Shown piece after piece: positions 57,676 through 64,000 of a stretch of 64,000 nt of DNA; the stretch's first letter is position 1; each line of letters starts with the position of its first letter. Source of the DNA: Rickettsiales bacterium (lineage in GTDB: Bacteria; Pseudomonadota; Alphaproteobacteria; Rickettsiales; UBA1997). Under the pieces are notes generated by a model. The model saw only the letters and a list, made by a program, of their open reading frames with translations. It was not told where the DNA came from and did no database searches. The position numbers were made by a program, and so were the translations under genes. The DNA lies in contig JAGWYT010000002.1 in assembly GCA_018969185.1 (NCBI GenBank), positions 20,703-84,702 on the forward strand. Direction: 5' to 3'.

Positions 57676-58455
57676 ATGAAAAGTCCAAAAAATATTTTAA
57701 TAACCGGTGCCAGCAGTGGAATTGGCAAAGCCTTAGCAATTAAATATGCTACACATTCTGACGTTAATTTATTTTTGTCTGGTCGCAATTTAGAAAGATT
57801 AGAAGAAGTAAAAAAAATTTGCCAAGAATTAAAACGAGGGGCGAATGTTTTTTGCAAAATTATTGATGTTCGTGATGAGTCTGATATGGCGAACTGGATT
57901 GATGAGATTGAGAAAAATTATGAACTTGATTTAGTAATAGCAAATGCCGGAATATCAGCAGGAACTGCGTCTGGCGTTGAATCGTCAAAGCAAATAAAAG
58001 AAATTTTTGCGATAAATCTTGATGGCGCTTTAAACACAATAAATCCTGCAATTGCTAAAATGAGGCAAAGAAAGAAGGGTCAGATAGCAATAATTTCATC
58101 TCTTGCGGGCTTTCGTGGTTTACCAAGTTCTCCAGCATATTCTGCAAGTAAAGCTGCTGTTAGAGTTTATGGTGAAGCGTTGCGTGGCAATTTGCGTGAA
58201 TTTGGAATTGCAGTTAATGTGGTTTGTCCCGGTTATATCAAGACGCCAATGACTGATGTGAATAATTTTCCGATGCCTTTTTTGATGCCTCCTGAGAAAT
58301 GTGCCGAAGTGATTGTGAAAAAGCTTAAGAAGAATGTGTCGCGAATTTCCTTTCCTTTTCCTTTATTCTTTGTGGTGTGGTTTACAACTTTATTATCAAA
58401 TAAAATAACTGATCCAATTTTTGCTAAGTTGCCAAAGAAAAAGGCGATGGAATAA
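57676..58455 (+). CDS. Short-chain dehydrogenase/reductase family oxidoreductase
   Basis: TGASSGIGKALA, NAG and YSASKAAV. The likely start is the ATG at 57676, which is divergent from and overlaps the tmk start. Confidence 0.85.
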   Translation: MKSPKNILITGASSGIGKALAIKYATHSDVNLFLSGRNLERLEEVKKICQELKRGANVFCKIIDVRDESDMANWIDEIEKNYELDLVIANAGISAGTASGVESSKQIKEIFAINLDGALNTINPAIAKMRQRKKGQIAIISSLAGFRGLPSSPAYSASKAAVRVYGEALRGNLREFGIAVNVVCPGYIKTPMTDVNNFPMPFLMPPEKCAEVIVKKLKKNVSRISFPFPLFFVVWFTTLLSNKITDPIFAKLPKKKAME

Positions 58456-58466
58456 GCAATAAAAAA

Positions 58467-58492
58467 GGGCCTGATTTTTTAAAATCAGACCC
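58467..58492 (+). terminator. Rho-independent terminator between the SDR gene and rplY
   Basis: GGGCCTGATTTT-TT-AAAATCAGACCC stem followed by TTTTTCTTTTC. Confidence 0.7.
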
Positions 58493-58520
58493 TTTTTCTT
58501 TTCTAATTTAGATAAAATTA

Positions 58521-59216
58521 CTATTTCTTATCAGCCTTAGCTGCTGCAGGAGTTGCTGCTTTTGCTCCTGCTGCTGCAGGCGCTCCAGCTGCCGGAGCTG
58601 CTGCTCCTGCTGCAGGAGTTGCTGATGCAGCTGCTGCGGTTTCTTCTTCAGATTTAGAAGCTCTACCAATAATACTTGCTACAAGGAATGAATCATTTTT
58701 AGCAAGAGAAACTCCTGCAGGAAGAACTAGATCTTTTCCTCTGATTTTTTGCCCCACTTGCATTGCCCCAACGTTAATTTCAATTACTGTAGGAATGTTA
58801 TTCACGCTATCACAGATAACTGCAACTTTTCTAAGCACGATGTGTAAGAAACCACCTTTCTTTAAACCTGGAGATTTATCTTGGTTAATAAATTTTAATT
58901 TTGGTTGTGCTTTAACAGTTTTAGATTCTTCGCAATTTAAGAAATCAACGTGAGTTGGACGGTCAGAAACTGGATCAAGGTCAATTTTATGAGCAATAAC
59001 TTTAGTTTTTTTACCGCTAATTTCTAACTCAATAACTGAAGTTTTTGCGTTACCTTTAAAATATTCCATTTCAAATTCTCTAGCATCAATAGCAACGTTA
59101 ACATTGCCGCCAGCTTGATAAATAACAGCAGGAATTTTGCCTGCTTGTTTAATTTTTTTACTAGCAATAGAGCCAAGTTTTTCTCTTTTTTCTGCTTTTA
59201 ATACAACACCAGTCAT
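58521..59216 (-). CDS. rplY: 50S ribosomal protein L25 / general stress protein Ctc
   Basis: KAEKREKLG...GKIPAVIY... and a low-complexity Ala/Pro/Lys tail. Confidence 0.9.
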   Translation of the reverse strand: MTGVVLKAEKREKLGSIASKKIKQAGKIPAVIYQAGGNVNVAIDAREFEMEYFKGNAKTSVIELEISGKKTKVIAHKIDLDPVSDRPTHVDFLNCEESKTVKAQPKLKFINQDKSPGLKKGGFLHIVLRKVAVICDSVNNIPTVIEINVGAMQVGQKIRGKDLVLPAGVSLAKNDSFLVASIIGRASKSEEETAAAASATPAAGAAAPAAGAPAAAGAKAATPAAAKADKK

Positions 59217-59336
59217 GATTGACCTCAATTATTATTATGAAATTTATTTATTATGCTTATTTGCTTAAAGTAAGCTGTGCTTCCAAACGAAGGGCAGGTA
59301 AGATACTGATCTTATAATAAAAATCAAGTATTATGT

Positions 59337-59801
59337 TTAAGCCTTTCCTTTTAACGATGCCAAGACTTCCTCAACATGCCCATTAACCTTGACTGATCGC
59401 CAAATATGAGAGATTTTGCCTAATTTATCAATTAGAAATGTAGATCTATCAATACCAAAATATTTTTTACCAAACATCGATTTTTCTTTGATAACACCAT
59501 ATTTCTCACAAACTTCACCGTCAGAATCAGCAAGTAAATTGAAGTTCAATTTATATTTATTGATGAATTTGCAATGGCTTTCAACATCATCTTTAGAAAT
59601 ACCTAAAATAACGCAGTTAAGCTTTTCAAATTCGGCATTTTTCTTTGTGAAGTCTTGCGCCTCAATGGTACAACCCGGAGTATCGTCCTTCGGATAAAAA
59701 TAAAGCACAACATTTTTACCTTTAAGATCTGATAAGGAAATTTCACCTTCATCGCTTAAAAGAGAGAATAATGGCGCCGCTTTACCAACTTCTAATTTCA
59801 T
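59337..59801 (-). CDS. bcp: Peroxiredoxin Bcp (thiol peroxidase)
   Basis: VVLYFYPKDDTPGCT motif. Confidence 0.92.
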   Translation of the reverse strand: MKLEVGKAAPLFSLLSDEGEISLSDLKGKNVVLYFYPKDDTPGCTIEAQDFTKKNAEFEKLNCVILGISKDDVESHCKFINKYKLNFNLLADSDGEVCEKYGVIKEKSMFGKKYFGIDRSTFLIDKLGKISHIWRSVKVNGHVEEVLASLKGKA

Positions 59802-59802
59802 G

Positions 59803-60375
59803 CTATTTCTTTTTAGTGCTTTTTTTCTTAGGTTTTTCTACTGCTTTTTCTTCACCATTAACATGTAAAATATCGTTAAATTGTGATTGGCTGCAAAGTC
59901 CAAGTAAAACCACATCTCTTGGCTTAATGTTTTTAATGTTCCAATGGCTACGATCTCTGATTGAATCAATCATTTTATCAGTTGTTCCAACCAGTTTTTT
60001 GATTTGGCTATTGGTAATTTCAGGATAATATTTTAAAAGGTAAGAAATGCCATCTGGTTTGTCTTGTCTTCTTGCAATTGGCGTATATTTGCCAGTTTTT
60101 TTACTGCTTGTTTTAACTTCATTTGCAACTGATCTATTTAAAACCAAAGTTGTTTTTTGATCTTTTTCGCATCTTTCAATTTCTTCATGAGTAAGCTGAC
60201 CAGAGAGAATTGGGTTTTGACCAATTATTCCTGAAGCAACGTCACCATCAGCAATTCCTTGCACTTCTAGTTCGTGTAAGCCGCAGAAAATTGCGATTTG
60301 ATGAAAGGTAAGCGAAGTATTTTCAATTAACCAAACGGCAGTTGCTTTGCGCATCAAAGGTAATTCTTGAGACAT
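59803..60375 (-). CDS. DUF1013-family protein (conserved in alphaproteobacteria)
   Basis: PLMRKATAVWLIENTSLTFHQIAIFCGLHELEVQGIADG, as recalled for DUF1013. Confidence 0.65.
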   Translation of the reverse strand: MSQELPLMRKATAVWLIENTSLTFHQIAIFCGLHELEVQGIADGDVASGIIGQNPILSGQLTHEEIERCEKDQKTTLVLNRSVANEVKTSSKKTGKYTPIARRQDKPDGISYLLKYYPEITNSQIKKLVGTTDKMIDSIRDRSHWNIKNIKPRDVVLLGLCSQSQFNDILHVNGEEKAVEKPKKKSTKKK

Positions 60376-60454
60376 ATGTTGATTTTTTAAAGGTTTAACT
60401 AATAAGATTGCCCAAATTTAATTGGTTTTTAATTTTAAAAGCAAGGAATTATCA

Positions 60455-61237
60455 ATGCTAATCCTTATTTCTCCCGCTAAATCTCTTGATTATGAAACAT
60501 TTGTAAAATGCGCAGAATCAACCTTGCCGCATTTTGCGAAAGAAACTCAGGAATTGGTTTTAGGGCTTAAAAAGCTTAAAAGTGCAGATTTAGAGAAAAT
60601 GATGGGAATTAGTAAAAAATTGGCGGAATTGAATTTTGAAAGATTTCAAAAATTCTCACCAAAATTTGATTTAAAAAATTCTAAGCAAGCATTGTTAGTT
60701 TTTAATGGCGATGTTTATGAGCCAATAAAAAAAGATAAGTTTAAAAAGGCAGATTTTGACTTTGCACAAAAACATTTACGAATTTTATCTGGTCTTTACG
60801 GAATTTTAAAACCACTTGATTTAATGCAAGCTTACAGGCTTGAAATGGCCACGGATTTTAGAAAAACTAGCTTAGAGAAGAATTTAAAAATAAAAAATCT
60901 CTATCAATTTTGGGGTGATAAAATTTCTGATTTTATAAATTCTGAAGTTAAAGAAAATCACGAAAAATATATTATAAATCTTGCTTCAGAAGAATATTTT
61001 TCTGCTATAAATCCTAAAAAAATCTCAGCAAAAATTATAAATATTATTTTTAAAGAGAAGAAAGCGGGAGTTTATAAAATCATTGGAATCAACGCCAAAA
61101 GGGCGCGCGGCCTAATGGTGAATTTTATAATAGAAAATAAAATTGATGATGTTGAAAAGTTAAAAAAATTTAATTTAGAAAATTATATTTTTGAAAAATC
61201 AATGTCTGACGAATTTAATTTTACATTTGTGAGGTAA
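60455..61237 (+). CDS. yaaA: Peroxide stress protein YaaA (UPF0246)
   Basis: MLILISPAKSLD and LRILSGLYGILKPLDLMQAYRLEM. Confidence 0.9.
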   Translation: MLILISPAKSLDYETFVKCAESTLPHFAKETQELVLGLKKLKSADLEKMMGISKKLAELNFERFQKFSPKFDLKNSKQALLVFNGDVYEPIKKDKFKKADFDFAQKHLRILSGLYGILKPLDLMQAYRLEMATDFRKTSLEKNLKIKNLYQFWGDKISDFINSEVKENHEKYIINLASEEYFSAINPKKISAKIINIIFKEKKAGVYKIIGINAKRARGLMVNFIIENKIDDVEKLKKFNLENYIFEKSMSDEFNFTFVR

Positions 61238-61238
61238 A

Positions 61239-61856
61239 ATGGAATCAACTTTATTATTTTTAAAATCGATGCTGATTGGCTTGTCAATTGCAATGCCAAT
61301 TGGTCCAATTTCAGTTTTAGCAATCAAAAATTGTTTGACGCGTGGTTTTAAAATTGGTTTTGCCACCAGTTTTGGCGCTTCAATTACTGAAGGATTTTAT
61401 GGCTTTGTTGCAACTGGTGGTTTAATTTTTATATCAAAATTTCTCACCACTTACGCTTCTGAAGTTAGATTTGTTAGTGGAATTGCCTTGATTTTAGTGG
61501 CTGCTTATGAAATTTCTACAGCGCATAAATTCTCTTTGAAGGAAATAAAAATGAATCAATTTGGATTTTTTAAAACGATGTTTTTTGTGTCATTTTTAAC
61601 TCTTGGAAGTCCAATGACTATTACCTTATTTATTGGAATTTTTGCAACTATGAGTGGCGTTGCTTTAACCGAAGCTGAAATGATTATAACTGTTGCCGGT
61701 ATTTTTTCTGGTTCTGTTTTATGGGCTTTTATTTTATGTGGCACCGTGACTACGATTCGTCACAAGCTTTCAGAAAAATGGATGGCGCGAGTGAAAATCT
61801 TTTCTGGCACCATCATTGGTGGATTTGGTGTATATGGGATTTGCAGTGTTTTATAG
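61239..61856 (+). CDS. LysE-family amino-acid exporter
   Basis: About 6 TM helices and an N-terminal GPI...motif region (MPIGPISVL). Confidence 0.7.
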   Translation: MESTLLFLKSMLIGLSIAMPIGPISVLAIKNCLTRGFKIGFATSFGASITEGFYGFVATGGLIFISKFLTTYASEVRFVSGIALILVAAYEISTAHKFSLKEIKMNQFGFFKTMFFVSFLTLGSPMTITLFIGIFATMSGVALTEAEMIITVAGIFSGSVLWAFILCGTVTTIRHKLSEKWMARVKIFSGTIIGGFGVYGICSVL

Positions 61857-61885
61857 ATTTGTTGTTATATTTTTGGAGTAAATAA

Positions 61886-61976
61886 TTTTCTTGATTTCGA
61901 CAAGCTCAATCAGCGAAAATTGTTTAATGAGTAAGTTAAGCTTTTTCGCTGATTGAGCTTGTCGAAATCAAGAAAA
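61886..61976. repeat. 34-bp perfect inverted repeat with a 23-nt loop between convergent genes
   Basis: TTTTCTTGATTTCGACAAGCTCAATCAGCGAAAA (61886-61919) pairs with TTTTCGCTGATTGAGCTTGTCGAAATCAAGAAAA (61943-61976). Confidence 0.85.
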
Positions 61977-61990
61977 AGCTTTTACAATTA

Positions 61991-63058
61991 TTACTCGCTA
62001 TCAGATAATTTCCTTGCCTGATCATCAGCAATTAATGCTTCAATAAATTCATCAAGTTCGCCAATCATTACACCATCAATACGATAACTGGTTAAGTTAA
62101 TGCGATGGTCTGTAACACGGCTTTGCGGGAAATTATAAGTTCTGATGCGTTCAGATCTGTCACCACTTCCAACTTGCTCTTTTCTGTTTGCGGCGCGCTC
62201 ACGATCAGCTCTTTCACGTTCTGCTTCATAAAGCCTTGAACGCAATACTTTCATGGCTTTTTCACGATTCTTAATTTGTGATTTTTCATCTTGCATTGAA
62301 ACCACAACACCAGTTGGAACGTGAGTAATTCTAACTGCTGAATCTGTTGTGTTAACTGATTGTCCACCTGGGCCAGATGAGCGGAAAACATCAATTCGCA
62401 AATCTTTTTCTTCAATTTTAATGTCAATATCTTCAGCTTCAGGAAGCACTGCAACTGTTGCCGCGGAAGTGTGGACACGTCCTTGATTTTCAGTTTCAGG
62501 AACACGTTGCACGCGGTGCACGCCTGATTCAAATTTTAATCTGGCGAAAACGCCTTTGCCAGAAATTGAAGCGGAAGCTTCTTTATAGCCACCAAGCCCA
62601 GTGTCAGAAAGTGAAAGAATTTCAAATTTCCATCTTCTTTTTTCAGCATATCTTTGATACATTGCAAAAAGTCTTGCCGCAAAAAGTGCAGCCTCTTCGC
62701 CGCCAGTTCCAGCGCGTACTTCAAGAATTGCATTTTTTTCATCCGCTGCATCTTTTGGTAAAAGTGCTAATTTTATTTGTTGTTCAAGATCAGGAATTTT
62801 TTTTGTTAAATCAAAACGTTCTGATTCCATCATCTCGCGCATATCTTTATCTTCTGTAATTGGCAGCATTTCATCAATATCAGCAATTTCTTTTTGTGCT
62901 TTGCGATATTCACCAATTAGAGCCACAATGGGTGCAGCATCAGAATGTTCCTTAGACACTTTAGCATAAGTGTTTCCAAGAGCTGATGGATCTAATAATT
63001 TTTTTTCTAACTCGTTAAATTTGGCAACAATACCATCGAGTTTTTCAGTAAAAGACAT
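61991..63058 (-). CDS. prfA: Peptide chain release factor 1
   Basis: PxT tripeptide region ([14 protein letters not shown]) and GGQ ([16 protein letters not shown]). Confidence 0.96.
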   Translation of the reverse strand: MSFTEKLDGIVAKFNELEKKLLDPSALGNTYAKVSKEHSDAAPIVALIGEYRKAQKEIADIDEMLPITEDKDMREMMESERFDLTKKIPDLEQQIKLALLPKDAADEKNAILEVRAGTGGEEAALFAARLFAMYQRYAEKRRWKFEILSLSDTGLGGYKEASASISGKGVFARLKFESGVHRVQRVPETENQGRVHTSAATVAVLPEAEDIDIKIEEKDLRIDVFRSSGPGGQSVNTTDSAVRITHVPTGVVVSMQDEKSQIKNREKAMKVLRSRLYEAERERADRERAANRKEQVGSGDRSERIRTYNFPQSRVTDHRINLTSYRIDGVMIGELDEFIEALIADDQARKLSDSE

Positions 63059-63089
63059 AGTTAATTTGAGTTATTCTTCATCTACAACA

Positions 63090-63183
63090 CGTCATCCCGA
63101 GCACGAAGTGCGAGGGATCTCCTGTGTTTCACGAGATCCTTCACCAAGAATTTCTAGAGGAAATTTAAGGTTTGGGGTGACAA
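63090..63183. repeat. Palindromic element (family A)
   Basis: CGTCATCCCGAGCACGAAGTGCGAGGGATCTC ... GAGATCCTTCACC ... AGAATTTCTAGAGGAAATT ... GGGGTGACAA. Confidence 0.8.
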
Positions 63184-63275
63184 TTTGTTTCTTACTCAGA
63201 AACTTCTATTGATTATTTTGTTAAATAAGTATCCTAGAGCGATCTATACTCATTATATCAAATTAAAAATCAATC

Positions 63276-64000
63276 ATGAGCGGTAATTTTCTTAAAAATT
63301 TTTACATCACTTCACCGATTTATTATGTAAATGATGTGCCACATATTGGTCATGCTTATACTTCAATTGCTTGTGACGCGATGGCGCGTTTTAAAAGGCT
63401 TGATGGCTTTAATGTGCATTTTTTAACTGGCACTGATGAACATGGTCAAAAGGTTGAAAAATCAGCGTTAGCGAGAGGCAAAACCCCACAAGAATTTTGT
63501 GATGAAATTTCACTAAAATTTCGTGAATTGGCCTTAGCGCTTAATTTATCCAATGATGATTTTATTCGCACAACGGAAAGAAGACACAAGGAATGTGCCA
63601 CCGCATTTTGGAATATTTTAGAAAAAAATGGTTGGATTTATAAAAGTACTTATGAAGGTTGGTACGCTGTTCGTGATGAAGCGTTTTATGGCGAAGATGA
63701 ATTAGTAAATGGTAAAGCGCCAACAGGTGCTGAAGTTACGTGGCACAAGGAAGAAAGCTACTTTTTTAAATTATCAGCTTTTCAAGATAAGTTACTTGCT
63801 CTTTATGAAGCTGTTCCTGATTTTATTCAGCCAGAATCTAAACGTAATGAAGTAGTTTCTTTTGTGCGTGGTGGTAAGGATTATGTGAAAGGTGCGCTTA
63901 AAGATTTATCAATTTCGCGCACCTCATTTTCTTGGGGTGTGAAAGTTCCAAATGATGAAAATCACATAATGTATGTGTGGCTTGATGCGCTTACTAATTA
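63276..64000 (+). CDS. metG: Methionyl-tRNA synthetase (5' part, runs off the window)
   Basis: Hand translation gives [62 protein letters not shown], which includes the HIGH motif. Confidence 0.9.
   Translation, partial: MSGNFLKNFYITSPIYYVNDVPHIGHAYTSIACDAMARFKRLDGFNVHFLTGTDEHGQKVEKSALARGKTPQEFCDEISLKFRELALALNLSNDDFIRTTERRHKECATAFWNILEKNGWIYKSTYEGWYAVRDEAFYGEDELVNGKAPTGAEVTWHKEESYFFKLSAFQDKLLALYEAVPDFIQPESKRNEVVSFVRGGKDYVKGALKDLSISRTSFSWGVKVPNDENHIMYVWLDALTN

Overview
This is an AT-rich, gene-dense bacterial chromosome segment. I infer an alphaproteobacterium, probably a Rickettsiales- or Holosporales-like intracellular lineage. The grounds are the hemE-linked origin-like spacer, the DUF1013 protein, alternative-type ThrB, ccmDE, a solitary nuoF, and many palindromic repeat elements, some of them inside genes. 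All calls come from motif recognition in the supplied ORF translations and hand inspection of the DNA; no searches were run. Most of the window is housekeeping: grpE, clpPX, hemE, nuoF, ispDF, priA, guaB, lpdA, prfB (with the classical +1 frameshift), nrdR, bamA, uvrA, ispA, ftsI-like PBP, mdh, tmk, rplY, bcp, prfA, metG (partial), tRNA-Phe and tRNA-Thr. The accessory or unusual content is as follows. (1) A complete RTX-type locus on the minus strand: HlyC-like acyltransferase, a 733-aa RTX protein with an atypical 22-residue repeat, TolC, a PrtD-type ABC exporter and HlyD. (2) A single 1133-aa polypeptide combining a 7TMR-DISM sensor, histidine kinase, receiver and LytTR DNA-binding domain, next to a DnaA-box/CtrA-box-rich spacer that may be oriC. 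(3) A lipoprotein secretin operon with no pilus or T2SS ATPase or platform genes in the window, plus three dispersed prepilin-like/LamG-like paralogs, one of them frameshifted. (4) A LexA-like HTH-S24 repressor with a perfect palindromic operator, followed by a PemK/MazF-like toxin gene. (5) At least four families of palindromic repeat elements. Three copies sit in frame inside nadC, priA and a hisZ-like gene, and several others supply the stop codons of neighbouring genes. (6) Arrays of a 28-bp hairpin tandem repeat flanked by long duplications of the target, namely the ispDF 5' end and the tRNA-Phe 3' end. No CRISPR array, rRNA gene or recognisable transposase or integrase gene was seen.
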